Assembly: GCF_006345805.1 (NCBI RefSeq)
Contig: NC_043017.1
Location: forward strand, 4,526,001 to 4,590,000
From: Octopus sinensis
Taxonomy: Eukaryota
Reading direction: 5' to 3'
Length of the DNA stretch: 64,000 nucleotides
Shown here: positions 40,701 through 55,228 of the stretch, one piece after another
Position numbering within the stretch: the stretch's first letter is position 1
How the letters are laid out: each line of letters starts with the position of its first letter
Notes under the pieces: model-generated
What the model was told of the DNA's origin: nothing
The model's database searches: none
Seen by the model: the letters and a program-made list of their open reading frames with translations, nothing else
Position numbers and translations under genes: made by a program

Positions 40701-40898
40701 CCTTGTGGGTAGTAAAGAAATAAGTATTACGTCTGTCTTTAGGTCCTGAGTTCAAATTCCGCTGAGGTCGACTTTGCCTTTCATCTTTTCGGGGGTCGAT
40801 TAAATAAGTACCAGTTACGCATTGGGGTCGATGTAATCGGCTTAATCTGTCTGTCTGCCCCCTCTGTGTTTAGCCCCTTGTGGGTAGTAAAGGAATAG
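40701..40898 (+). mobile_element. SINE family A, 5'-truncated dimer
   Basis: ccttgtgggtagtaaagaaataagtattacgtctg... followed by a full 3' unit. Confidence 0.75.
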
Positions 40899-43735
40899 GA
40901 AATTAAATAGTTTCCTCTCTTAAATTCTCATCCCACGTGGCCGAAGCTGGTTTCAAACTTTGTGATATTTACATGACACGCATCGTGAAGGTTGTTCCCC
41001 TTTGTATTGATATATTTCATTATTTATCCGATAGAGGGAAGAGTGAACTGTATCGTCGGAAGTTATGTGAATGTTTTCCCCTGACCTCTCAACACTTCAC
41101 CTTTCACCTTATGAGGTCATCTCTCATATTTTATGTCGTCCTACCACCACCGCCGCCACCACCATCGCTGCTACGTTATTGATATGGTAAGTATTATTAT
41201 TCATTCCATATTTTACGTGAGTCAGACTGTTTCTACGACTACATCATCCAATGTAGTCTTGTAGTATATATATCTATATTTGATCTGAGAAGGCTAAGAT
41301 CTCTCTCTCAGACACAGCTGCCCGTTCCAGCAAATCAATTACATTATTTCACTAATTGATATAATATAATATTTGTTGCTGGTGAATTTAAAGACAGAAT
41401 TTCTACATGCCACACATTGAAAAGCTTTCTTCTAACCTGTAAGTCATTCATATGTATATATATATATATTATATATAAGCATATTCTGCTGGATATGTTT
41501 TTATTATCATTTTCTTTTATCATATTCCGCTTGTGTCTTAACACAGTTAAGATCTAGAACATATAAAGCACTTGTGTTGCTCTGTTTGTGATATATTTCA
41601 CTTCAGTAAAGTTTAGATATTTCTACGAGACATGTATGTATGTAACTTAGTTTTTAGTGATCGTTAAATACAACCTATTATGATCTGCGATTGTAGGAGT
41701 TCCCTGGAAATATATTCACTTGAAACAGACATTTCATAATGAAACTTGATTCCTCAGGGAATCGAGAAACATTATCGATATTCTTCGTCCACATTTTGCC
41801 TTTGTGGCAAATGTATTTTGTGGATTTCTATAATGCGTTTTATGTCCAATATATGTTGGTTTTTTTTTTTATTGTTTCATCAAGCAATGCTTCACTGAAA
41901 ATACACTAAATTTGTGTTTTAAAAGCAAAAGGTTTATAACTATGTGATCAAAATAGTTAATAAAAGTCCAGGTATTGAGATGAGAAACTGATATGTTACT
42001 TTTATTCATTGCAATATGCAGAATATTGTAATCTTTTTAAGTTACTGCTCCAGTATTTTTAAGAATGTCTTCTGAGATTTTTCTACCACAATTTGTTATT
42101 AATAATATAATTTTAAAATTGTGTCTCTGTGAAGGTGCATGGCTCTGTGGTCAGAGCGTCTGGCTCACAATCATGAGGCAGTGAGTTTGATTCCCGGACC
42201 GGGCTGTGTGTTGTATTCTTGAGTAAGACGCTTTATTTCACGTTGCTCCAGTTCAGCAGAAATGAGTTGCGATGTCACTGGTACCAAGCTGTATCGGTCT
42301 TTGCCTTTTCCCTTGGATAACATCGACGGGGAGGCTGGTCTTGTGCCTCGGATGGTAACTGTCTAGGAGCCACCTCTTGGTCATTCATGACCGAAGAGAG
42401 AGAAAGAGAAATGGTCCAAAAATGCAAAGTTAAAGAGCAACAAACAGTGTATTAGCTTGACACTCCGGGAAAATGGAAGACGCCTTTAACGTTTCGAGCC
42501 TACTCTTCTATTAAAAGGCCAGATGAGGAGACAAAAAAATGTGTCCGAGCTAAAACGTGTTAAAATGGATATATATGTATAATAACTTTGCTTCCGGGTT
42601 CAGTCCCACTGTGTGGTACCTTGGGTTAGTGTCTTGTGAACGGATTAGGTAAACGGAAACTGAAAGAAACCCGTTGTGTGTATGACTTTGTGTTCTCCAC
42701 ACTGCTTGACAACTGGTGATGGTTTGTAAGCAAGCTTCTCAACTGCGACTGCACCTATTTGTGTGTTTGTATAGATCATGATTTTGGCCCCTTCCTTCCA
42801 TAGGGAACTCAAAACCTTAAAAGTCTCAAAACCAAACAATATCACAAGCTTACACCAAAAACACCCATGGTCTGAATAACTGCTGCATCACCAAGAGAAA
42901 TAACATCATACAGAACCATCGCCTCCCTATGCGACTGTTTGTGTTAATGAAGAAAAGTTTTATCTTTGACATCACCAATCTATACATCTGTCCTCTCTCA
43001 AAATTGCTCATACTACTATACTCTCAACCATCCCACTATTTATAAATCTAAACACAAGGCATACATGAGATGCTCTCTGTTTCTTTCAGTTAATTTCAAA
43101 TATAACAAAGAATTTAGTAAAATAACTTAGTTATCATTAAGCTAGTGTTAGGAACATAAATTGTGACTAAGGTTTGGTGGAAGACTTTAATTCAAAACTT
43201 AGGAAAACAAGACATTTGTATTACAGAGCCAGAAGCGGTTTCAGGCGGGTTAAGGTAAAAGTTTATATCTACAGTTTATTAATATACAATTATACTAGAA
43301 TTTCTGGTTTCTGTTATTAAGCATTGTCTATATCTTATATTTTTCAGAATATCAGATGACATTGGTGTAAAAGAATATTTTACTTCGGATGCATCAAAAG
43401 TGTTTATCATCTCTTGAAAACTAAAGGAAAAGATATTCTACAGAACTGCTATATATATATTTATATATAACTACAGTCAAATTCTGTGAAATATTTCTTC
43501 TCAAATAAGATTAATAGCGAAATTTCTATGTTTCAACTCTTTGGCATTTGCACAAGACGGGTTTTCATTCTAATTAACCTTGGACAAATTTACAAAGGAA
43601 ACTGAAGCTTCTTCAGCTGTCAACAGCAATCACTCTTGTTGAAAGTATAATTGTAGAAATATTTTTTAGGATTAAAATATAACACGAGAGGAAGAAAAAA
43701 AAATTCTGTTGATTGGTGTAAGAAAAGAAATATAG

Positions 43736-44749
<1,014 letters not shown>

Positions 44750-47700
44750 CCATGTCCTATGTAAAAAAAAGTTTCTATAAAAGAAAGATCTTATACAATT
44801 GTATTCCTACCAGAGAGAAGATATAATACTGTGATAATAACCTTCCAATACTACATTTTGTATGGCTACTGCAATATTTATGTTGGTGAAATAACATAGC
44901 ACCGTGTTTTTAACAAAACCTCTCTTTCACTATGCTTATGTATATTCCATTTGACATATTTGCAGAAGAGAGAATAAGCGCTGTTGATTGATTGACATTG
45001 TGGGTAAATAACTGAGAAAAGTATCTTCAGGAATCTGTGTGAGGATTATATCAATGCAGAGTTATTACAAGTTAAAATAGAAGCCTTGAGAGATCTTTGA
45101 TCATACCCTAATGAGGTGTATATATGTATGTATATATATGCATGTATATATATATGAATATGTATGTGTGTGTATATATATATACATCATCATCATCATT
45201 TAACGTCCGTTTTCCGCACTAGCACAGGTTGTATGAATATGTATGTATATGTATGAATATGTATATATATATGCATGTATAATATATATCCATTTATATA
45301 TATATATATTCCACAGCTTATCAACATTTTGGAGTGTACATTCTTGTTTCATGTTTTATACAATCATGGGAATGATTCTGTCGGGAGTAAAATCTATTAA
45401 ATTTTATCATTTCTTTTATTTCGCATGGTTCCTTCATCACTTTCTGTAAATAATAATCTCATATTTAAATACTGATTTGTTCGTAAATTATTCTTCTGTC
45501 ATTTTACATGTGAAGGCTCATGGCTCAGTGAGTTTGATTCTTTGAGCAAGACACTTTGTTCCACATTGCTCCAGTTCACTCAGCTGTAGAAATGAGTTGT
45601 GATATCATTGATACCAAACTATATCTGCCTTTGCCTTTCCCTTGGATAACATCAGTGGCATGGAGAGGGAGACTGCTATGCATGGGTGACTGCCGGTCTT
45701 CTATAAACAGCCTTGCCCAGACTTGTGCCTCGGAGGGGAACTTTCTAGGTGCAATCCCATGGTCATTCATGACCAAAGGAGATCTTTACCCTTTTTTACC
45801 CCTATCATTTTACATGTAGGGTATCTAAGCAAACCTTTAGTTGACACACCTAGAATTGACAGAATTCATAAACTTGTTCATTGTGTGATAAAAGTTGCAC
45901 ATGTCTCTGAACTGTTGTCCACTAACTCTTTACTTACTTAGATGCCGAGTAATTTGTTGACATCATTTGATACTGAGAACCTGATTCCAGACATTATCAT
46001 ATAGTGCTTGAAAGATAAAGTACAGAATCACTTAATTTAGTGCACTGGCCCGAGTATTCTACTTTGTTCACACTGGTCAGATTTGGCCTCATGCACACCT
46101 TATGATGTTATTCTCAAAAAAAATAAATAAAATAAACAATCATATTGAAATCTCAGAATTGCAAAACAATGCATGAATAATTCAAAACAATGTGAATAAA
46201 CAAGTATTAGATTTGGTGGAGTAATCTGAATGCTAAAGGGTTAAGTTATAATCCTTTCTACTAAAGGCACAAGGCATGAAATTTTGGGGGAGTGGACATT
46301 GACCCGTGTTTCACACTAGTGCTTAATTCATTGACCCCCGAAAGGATGAAAGGCAGAGTTGACCTCGGCAGAATTTGAACTCAGAACATAGCAACAGGTG
46401 AAATACTGCCAAGCACTTCACCTTGCATGCTAATGATTCTGTCAGGTTGCTGCCTTTAAAGGGTTAAATTACAATCAAAATGGTCATCCAGTGAACATGT
46501 GTAGGCAATAAATTGATGACGGCCAAGTGAGAAGCAGACTAACTCAGGAACTTGTATTCCCAAAGCCCTAAAATATTTAAAAACCTGAAACCTTTTTTAT
46601 CTTTTGTTGGTTGTAATAAATAAACTGATATTTGTGATATTTCTTCATTCAAGACATCTTGAACAAACAACATGGCAACATAGAAGCTGTAATAAAAATA
46701 TAACTGAATTGTTGCAATTTTTGTCTGTTGTTACATTTCTTTCTCCAATCTACCATGATGGATATAATTTGCTTTTTTATTTCAGTAACAGAAATGCCAA
46801 ATAATTGTAGGCGGCATGTATTAGCCACAATATATAACTGATAATTACTTGACTCCCAAATGAATAAGTTCAGTTAACCCCAGAACCTGAAGTGCAGAAT
46901 ATATTAACTGCTTTTCCCTGAAGAGCAATGTCTCAACCCCAAAATATAAATGTGCAAACTATTGACAGATCTATTATATAAAATCCATTGTCTGTCTGTG
47001 TGTGTGTGTGTGTGTGTGTCTTCTAGGATCTCGGGCATCCTCCATCCGATTGCACTCAAATTTGATTTGTAGATACTGACGGTACTAAAGCATGTAGAAG
47101 TTTTGAAAAAATTACAAAACTCGATTCCAGGTGAGAATACGATCGATAAAGCATTCTTTGGGATAGAAAAAGAAGTCAGTCTGTATTTCTCTTGCTGGTG
47201 TCTCAAATTTAGGTTAAATCAGTGTTTCTCAAAGGGGAGGCCTATGGGCCGGTCGGACAAGTTGTTCTGAAAAAATTTGGTTTAAATGTTTGACAACTCA
47301 GCACCATCCATTGGACGGGGGTACATTTTGCTCGTCTCTTATAACTTGCATAGTTTTGGCTTTTCAAGAGCATGAAAACATTAATTTCTCACATTGGCTC
47401 AAAACTATATACTTTACGGAAGTTTAGACTGGATAAAACTTATCTCAGTATTTGACTGATACTTATTTTTTTTTTTCTTTTAAAGCTTGGCATTTATTCT
47501 CCTGGTCTCTTTTGCCAAAGTTATGAGGATGTAAACACACAGACACTAGTTGTTAAGTGGTGGTGGGGGGGACAAATACAAGGACCAGCCCACAAACTGA
47601 AATTAAGGTATAAAGATTGCATCAAGAATACACTGGAGATCGAAATCTTGGGAAATGGATGAGAAAATCACATTCTAGATTGTTCAGCTTGAAGGAAAGT

Positions 47701-47940
47701 ACTGTATGATGGAAGGAAAGAATCCAAACAAAATTGTATCAAGTATGAAAAGCTCAAGAGAAATGTTTGTTAGGGGCTTAATGTTGATTTACCTGAATGT
47801 GTTGGCGTACAGCCCAATTTAACATGTAACAAATTATGTTCACATCTGTCTGAGTAAGACAGGCCTTAGGAGTTATCTGAGAAACCACAAACAGAAAGTA
47901 GTTGTTAATTATGCATTATGCAACATATCTACTTGTGGTG

Positions 47941-48296
47941 GAAGCACTCCGTCGGTTACGACGATGAGGGTTCCGCTTGATCCGATCAACGGAACAGCCT
48001 GCTCGTGAAATTAACATGTAAGTGGCTGAGCACTCCACAGACACGTGTACCCTTAACGTAGTTCTCGGGGATATTCAGCGTGACAAGGCCGGCCCCTTGA
48101 AATACAGGTACAACAGAAACAGGAAGTAAGAGTGAGAGAAAGTTGTGGTGAAAGAGTACAGCAGGGATCACCACCATCCCCTGCCAGAGCCTCGTGGAGC
48201 TTTAGGTGTTTTCGCTCAATAAACACTCACAACGCCCGGTCTGGGAATCAAAACCGCGAGTCTGCTGCCCTAACCACTGGGCCATTGCGTCTCCAC
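47941..48296 (-). mobile_element. SINE family C, full length
   Basis: 14-bp TSD atctacttgt(g/a)gtg at 47927-47940 and 48297-48310. Confidence 0.85.
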
Positions 48297-48624
48297 ATCT
48301 ACTTGTAGTGGGTATAGAAAACAATCTGCATCAGCAGACAGCCTGAAACAACATTGTAGACAGGTTCACCAAAACAATATTTTTTATTTAATTCGGTGAT
48401 GTTCTTTTCCATATACGTAAATGTTTTCCCAAATAAAGTTGCACTTCATTTTGGAAGCTATGAGCGGATGCAGAAGGACCCAGCTCTGAATGTACTGCAT
48501 CTTATAGTAGCAGCAGCTGTAAGCTCATCAAGTTCATTGCATAATTTCCTGTTCCTTTGTCAATTATTTAATTTCATATTACACTCTGTACTAACACTTT
48601 AGTGGAATCACAGGAAGGTAAGAA

Positions 48625-48847
48625 AGTTGCCCGTCGTATATATGTATGTGCATATGTTTGTGTGTCTGCGTTTGTCCCCTCCCCCCCAACATCGCTTGAC
48701 AACCGATGCTGGTGTGTTTACGTCCCTGTCACTTAGCAGTTCGGCAAAAAGAGACCGATAGAATAAGTCCTGGGGTCGATTTGCTCAACTAAAAAGGTGG
48801 TGCTCCAGCATGGCCACAGTCAAATGACTGAAACAAGTAAAAGAGTA
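48625..48847 (+). mobile_element. CORE-type SINE, 3' half
   Basis: gcccgtcgtatatatg...gaaacaagtaaaagag. Confidence 0.8.
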
Positions 48848-49053
48848 AATACTCATAAATAGATGGCAATAAAACAACAGCAGAATGGAAAGTAAAAAGA
48901 ATGTCTGGATCATTTATTAGAAAATATAATTGTTTTCTGAATCACTTTCACTCACACACACACCATCACTTGCAGACACGATCGCTGATTCACAAGCACC
49001 CAAAGACAGACTTGTAGATTTCTTTTTTTAGAAAACAAGTCTAGAGTTGTTTG

Positions 49054-50681
49054 CTAAGAAGAAGCATTTTTTTGCTCTTTATAAATTTCTCGGTAACATG
49101 CAGAAGCATTTGTTATGGCAGTAAAAACTTTTGCACTTCGTTCAAAATTTGGATCTTGTCTTTGAAAAATGTCCAACGCTTTATCCAAATGCTGAAATGC
49201 TTCCTCGAGTCCTTGCAACGTGAACGCATTAACTGACGTTTCATCAACAGTGTCCGTTTCCTTTTCTGCTGTTGCCTCCTCTTGCATTGCTACAAGTTCT
49301 TCGTTAGTAAGCTCGTTACTATGTGATCGAAGCAGCTCATCTATGTCACTTGCTGACACGTTGAGATTCAATTCATTTGCCAGTTTTACAATTTCTTCTG
49401 TTTCTTTTTGAACACTTTCTTGTAGTGATTCAAAATCCTCAGAATCATTAAGAAATTGAGGGCAAAGTTTTTTCCAAGCACTCTTCATATTCTTTTCAGT
49501 GATATCATCCCATGCTTTTCTTATGATTTTCACTGCAGTATAAATGTTGTAACTTTCCCAGAATTCCATTACAGTAGGTCCCCCTTCTTTGACCGTTTCT
49601 TCATTCAGCATCGCAAATGTGTAACGTAAATAATGAGCTTTAAAACCTGCAATAACACCCTGGTCCATTGGTTGCAAAAGTGATGTATCCAGAGGCAAAA
49701 AAACAACTTTGACATTAGGATGGAGATGTTGCAGAATTGGAGGGTGGCTGGGTGCATTGTTAATAATCAACATTGCATGAAATGGAAGTTGGTTCTTATC
49801 ACAATATTTCTTAACTTCCGGTACAAAGTGGTATGAAAACCATTCTTCAAATAATGTTGCCGTAACCCAAGCTTTTTCATTAGATTTCCACAAGACTGGA
49901 AGAGTACTTTTTAAGATACCTTTGAGTGCCCTAGGGTTTTCCGTTCGATAAACTAGCATTGGTTTTAATTTTAAATCCCCAGATGCATTTCCTCCAAATA
50001 ATAATGTCAGTCGATCTTTTGCAACGTTGAAACCAGGCAGTGCAGATTCTTCCTTAACAATGGAGCTCTTGGATGGCAGACGTTTCCAGAAAAGTCCTGT
50101 TTCACTCACATTAAAAATCAGTTGTGGCACGTAGCCCCCTTCTTCGATCGTTCCTGCCAATGTTTCTGTAAAGGTTTTTGCTGGATCGACATCAGCGTTT
50201 GATGCTTTGCCTTGCACTCTGACCGAATGCCACCCATGTCGATTTTTAAATCGCTCAAACCATCCTCTGCTCGCAACAAAAGTTTCGTTTGTTTCGCCTT
50301 TCATTTCTTTGAGCAGATTGAAAAGGACAAAGCTTTGCTGCGGATCGACGCTTGGTTGACATTCATCTGCATTCGTTGCGTCGTGTCAGTTATCCATGCA
50401 TTTACAAGTCTTTCCATTTCCGGAATAATGCTTCCAGCATCTCTTTTACGAGACCACGTCGATTGCAAAGGCTGCGCATTTCTCACCTGAGATAAATATT
50501 TTTGTTTTTCTTTGAGAATCGTGCAGACAGTTGACGATTTAAGTGAAAACCTGTCACAAATGTTCTTCACGGTTGTACCGCCATCGTGCATTTTTACGAT
50601 TTCATATTTTGTTTTTAAAGTGATGGCTTTCCGTTTCTTTTTGTTCCCGTCGGTGTCCGTTGTACACTTTCGTTTAGACAT
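49054..50681 (-). CDS. Tigger/pogo-family (TIGD1-like) transposase, ~542 aa if one 1-bp deletion at about 50321-50326 is restored; two catalytic Asp lost
   Basis: ORF 50301-50729 gives MSKRK..RKAITLKTKYEIV (pipsqueak-type HTH). ORF 49054-50304 gives FVASRGWFERFKNRH (CENP-B-type HTH), IFNVSETGLFWK, KDRLTLLFGGNASGDLKLKP, IINNAPSHP and LQPMDQGVI. Confidence 0.85.
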
Positions 50682-50929
50682 ATTGGGTGGGTTTTTTAAA
50701 AATGCCGAAAATAGTAAAAACACGTACACAATATAAAATACAGAGCACGAAGAATTAGCTTACAATCTCTTTCAACAAAGCGCACGTGCAATTAAGGCAT
50801 TTAAATTTTGGTGAAATTGAAATTTTATCCTTTCATTTTATTCCGTCGCTTTTTGCAACTGTGTAGACGTGTCAGAACCAATGTTGCCACACACATAATG
50901 ACTGTTTAACATTTTTATATTAATTATAG

Positions 50930-51326
50930 AACTAGCAGTATCGCCCGGCGTTGCTCGGGTTTGTTTCGACCCTTTAGAGTTAGAATTTTTGAAAAGTAAA
51001 AATTTTGCATTATGTAGCTTGTTATTCTCTTTAAGTGAACATTTTTCTGGTTGAAATACACCGAAAACTGGCGACACAGCAGTCGAAAAATCGTAAAAAA
51101 TAGGGATTTTCATAGAAAAGAAAGCACCTTTTTGATGTAAATAATTTTTGGTGTTAACATGGTCCGATTTGAATTTTTCTTCTACGGAAGGAAGAGCAAG
51201 CCTTCTTCTATCATACTCTCAATTTTGGTCAACTTGCACCGCAGGGTCTCAGAGGAGATAGTGTTAGTTGAAGGCTACCAAACCTGCCACACACAGACAA
51301 CTTCAGCTTTATATATAGAGAGAGAT
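50930..51326 (+). mobile_element. Non-autonomous Helitron-like element
   Basis: aactagcagtatcgcccggcgttgctcggg 5' end and ctttatatatagagagagat 3' end. 5' end shared with 15645. Confidence 0.55.
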
Positions 51327-51330
51327 AAAA

Positions 51331-51354
51331 CTCGTAAAGCGAAGTATTACTGTA
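51331..51354 (-). repeat. Candidate Tigger-type terminal inverted repeat plus TA
   Basis: ctcgtaaagcgaagtattactg+ta; a 20/22 match occurs at 27597-27618, also followed by TA. Confidence 0.55.
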
Positions 51355-51984
51355 ATTAATTATAGCACTGACCGTTTTAATTAAATATTTAATTAAAAAA
51401 AATCTTCGCTGACGTGAAGGTGTTCTATGAGTCAAGAAGGAGGTGCTACGAATATATGATAGATCAAACAAAGAGAAACATTATATTGATGAACGGAAAA
51501 TAGACGATTGAATGAAGAAAATAACTATTTGAAATATTACCTCGTCTATATCTTTTTTTCCGTAAATGAAGCAGTAAAGTTGTGAGTGAAGAATAACAGA
51601 AGAGAAGAAAAAACAAATATCAGACAAATTCCCTGTAATTATAAAAAGTCAGAGTTTGTTGTGAAGTGTGTTACTGCGTAAATGTTATAGAATAATATGT
51701 TAATAGAATTTCTTTAACATTTAACTTTAAATCTCACAACAAATAGGGTCTTTCTTGGGGTGGACGGGTTTTGAATGGCAGCGAAATGTCTCTTGGATTT
51801 TGAAAGTCTGAGATAAATATCCGGTTGAAGATGCGCATGACAAAATGCCCGGGGATGAGAATTAATTGTTGACATGTTTCTATGTGTACTTTTATCATTC
51901 AACCACAGCCCATTGATTTCTGGAAAGATCTTTTTTAAATACTATGAAATGGGAGTTCCAACAAAAATTTCGATTTCTTTATTA

Positions 51985-52138
51985 GGCGATCCTTCGGTAT
52001 AGGTACACGCGTGACTTTGTTTACATTTCTGAAGATAAAAAAACCCTTTTTCTCCCAACCCTCACCCTAACCCCCCCCCCATATAAAAAAAACCTCACTT
52101 TCTTGAAATGTATCCGGTACTTATACCGAAGTTACGCC
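51985..52138. mobile_element. GG-ended MITE with 9-bp TSD (same family as 40517)
   Basis: Perfect TSD tctttatta at 51976-51984 and 52139-52147; TIRs ggcgatccttcggtat / ataccgaagttacgcc. Confidence 0.8.
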
Positions 52139-52956
52139 TCTTTATTATATTAATGACAGGTGCCCTAGACTACATATATATGAATGTATGTGTGTGTGTG
52201 TCCCTAGCATTGCTTGACAACCGATGCTGGTGTGTTTATGTCCCCGTCACTTAGCGGTTCGGCATAAGAGATCGATAGAATAAGTACCAGGCTTACAAAG
52301 AATAAGTTCTGGGGTCGATTTGCTCGACTAAAGGCGGTGCTCCAGCATGGCCGCAGTCAAATGACTGAAACAAGTAAAAGAATAAAATAATATACATACA
52401 TATTATGGTTTCTTTCAGTTTCCTTCAACTAAATTCCTTCACACAAGAGTTTGGTCAACCCAGGCCGATAAAAGAAACCTACCTAATGTGTTGCACAGTG
52501 GAATGGAAGCTGAAATTGTGTGGCTAGGAAACAATTTGTTGCACCACACAGCCATGCCTACATTTAATGTATGCATGTATGTACATAATACATATCTATC
52601 TATACACACACACACACACACACAGACAAATGAATAATTTGGGTGTGGGGAGGATGAGGATGATCCAAATTAGTCTTTTATATGAAGGCTTAATGAATAT
52701 GGGAGGTCAATGTGGAGAAGTGTATGGTGTGATGAGCAGAGGGAATGGTGAAATGAGGATGGAGGGCTTCAAGTGATGAGATGTAAGATAGGAAAGGTGG
52801 GTGAGGATGTAAAGCAAAGCAGTAACAAGGATATGCTTGGCAGAGTATAAAAAATATACATCTGGGCTTCTAAACACTACCCTTGTGTCAGTGTGTTTTG
52901 CCATGGGAAGATGGGTCTTCTACAGCACTATGTATCACTACTTAGAATGGTCCTTT

Positions 52957-54060
52957 ATCATCATCATCATCGTTCGACGGCCGTTTTCCGTGCTAGCATG
53001 GGTTGGACGGTTCGACCGGGGTCTGGGAAGCCAGGGGCTGCACCAGGCTCCAGTCTGATCTGGCACTGTTTCTACAGCTGGATGCCCTTCCTAACGCCAA
53101 CCACTCCGCGAGTGTAGTGGGTGCTTTTTACGTGCCACCGGCACAGGTGCCAGGGGAGTCTGGATGCGGCCACGATCGGTTGGTGCTTTTAACATGCCAC
53201 CGGCATGAAAGCCAGGTGCCAGGGGAGTCTGGCATTGGCCACGTTTGGATGGTGCTTTTTACGTGCCACCGGCACAGAAGCCGGTCGAGGCGGGACTGGC
53301 ATCGGCCACGTTTAGATGGTGCTTTTTATGTGCCAAGGCCAACCTTCACCCCTTCTTTGCCCTCTTCCATAGGTTTCAGTTAGAGAGCTCAACACTTCCT
53401 TATGCTGCTGCCAACCTCCATACACATCACATGTCCATACCAACACAGCCTTTCCTTTGCACATTACACCGGATCCTTCTAAAACCCAGTTTTTCTCTCA
53501 GCTCATTTGTGCTCTGGTGTTCATTGGAATATGTTCACTTCCTTTCTTTCTAGTGTTCACAAGTATTCTACTTTCAAGGTCCATGTCTTGCTATCAAGTA
53601 GCATCACAATTCTAACACATGTACCACACAATGTAGCCTTCATCCTGAAGGAAAAGACTAATGCTGCTAGTAATGGAATTTGATCTCAGCACTTTTACCA
53701 TCCTGTTCTTACTCTGATTACTATATTCTCTGAACAAAAGGCGGCGAGCTGGCAGAAACGTTAGCGCGCCGGGTGAAATGCTTAGCGGTATTTCGTCTGT
53801 CGTTACGTTCTGAGTTCAAATTCTGTCGAGGTCGACTTTGCCTTTCATCCTTTCGGGGTCTATAAATAAAGTACCAGTTTCGCACTGGGGTCGATGTAGC
53901 CGACTTAATCCCTTTGTCTGTCCTTGTTTGTCCCCTCTGTGTTTAGCCCCTTGTGGGCAGTAAAGAAATATATATTCTCTGAACAAACACCTCCCTTGCT
54001 AATATTTGTCAGCTAGGTATCAGAAGCTATTGACTGTTACTATAGTGAGCCATCCAGGTA
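52957..54060 (-). mobile_element. 5'-truncated RTE-like LINE (RT C-terminal remnant, 3' UTR repeats, GAT tail)
   Basis: The minus strand has remnants resembling RVRTGW, RMKATLCGTCVRIVML, ELREKLG and WYGHV, contiguous with the tail family. Confidence 0.75.
53739..53970 (+). mobile_element. SINE family A monomer nested in the LINE
   Basis: Perfect 17-bp TSD tatattctctgaacaaa at 53722-53738 and 53971-53987. Confidence 0.9.
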
Positions 54061-54371
54061 TCTAGGAGACTATTTCCAGTGTGTGAATGTGCATGACCAA
54101 GTGGTTAGGCTATTGCACTCACAATCGTTAAATCATGGGCTCAATTCCCAGACCTGGCAGCGTCTTGTGTTCTTGAGCGAAACACTTTATTTTACATTGC
54201 TTCAGTCCCCTTTTCACTCAGCAGGGAACATTGGTTGGCTCACCTGGCCAGCGAGCGGAGTGATTCCAAGGCTAAAACGATGCAAAGCACATTGTCACCA
54301 GTGATATGGAACATCTGATAGTCTGACCAATCACATGATTTCCAGTGTGCTCATGGTACATGTTGCTCCAC

Positions 54372-54733
54372 ATGTAGGCGGTGAGCTGGCAGAATCGTTT
54401 GCACACCGTTACGTTCTGAGTTCAAATTCTGCCGAGGTCAACTTTTCCTTTCAGAGTTAATAAATTAAGTACCAGTTATGCACTGTGATCAATATAATCG
54501 ACTTAATCCGTTTGTCTGTCCTCTCTGTGTTTAGCCCCTTGTGGGAAGTAAAGAAGTAGGTATTTCATCTGCCGCTACATTCTGAGTTCAAATTCCGCCG
54601 AGGTCGACTTTGCCTTTCATCCTTTCAGGCTCGATTAAATAAGTACCAGTTACGCACTGCGGTCGATATAATCAACTTAATACGTCTGTCTGTCCTCTCT
54701 GTGTTTAGCCTTTTGTGGATAGTAAAGAAATAA
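54372..54733 (+). mobile_element. SINE family A, dimeric form
   Basis: 16-bp TSD gtacatgttgctccac at 54356-54371 and 54734-54749. Confidence 0.85.
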
Positions 54734-55228
54734 GTACATGTTGCTCCACTGCATCTGCCACACACAAACCCTATCTATGTCTGTTAACCCACAAGTGATC
54801 CCACCACATCTCGTGTTTGAAGGTGACACAGGGTACAGCATATGCAGATCCTAACTACTCTTTTACAGCATTTCCATTTAATAAAACTGGAAGGTCCTGT
54901 ACGCATTTGATGTGTTGCTGCACTTTGTCTAAGTATGACATTATAAACTGCATCAGTGATTTGTATATATATTCAACAGGACCTCTGTAATGCCATGATG
55001 GACCGTGAAGTCTGGCGTAACATAGTAAATTCCATTGTCTCAACCATGGTCAAACAATGATGAATGATATATACTCTCATTACTAATTAGACTGTTTCTA
55101 GCTTGGATACCATCAACCAATTAGATATATCACAAATTAACTCAACAGCCACTAAGCTTATTTAATCAACAAAATTATCATATTGCTTATCTCTCATTTC
55201 TGAGAATCTAGTATAAAAATGATGCTAA

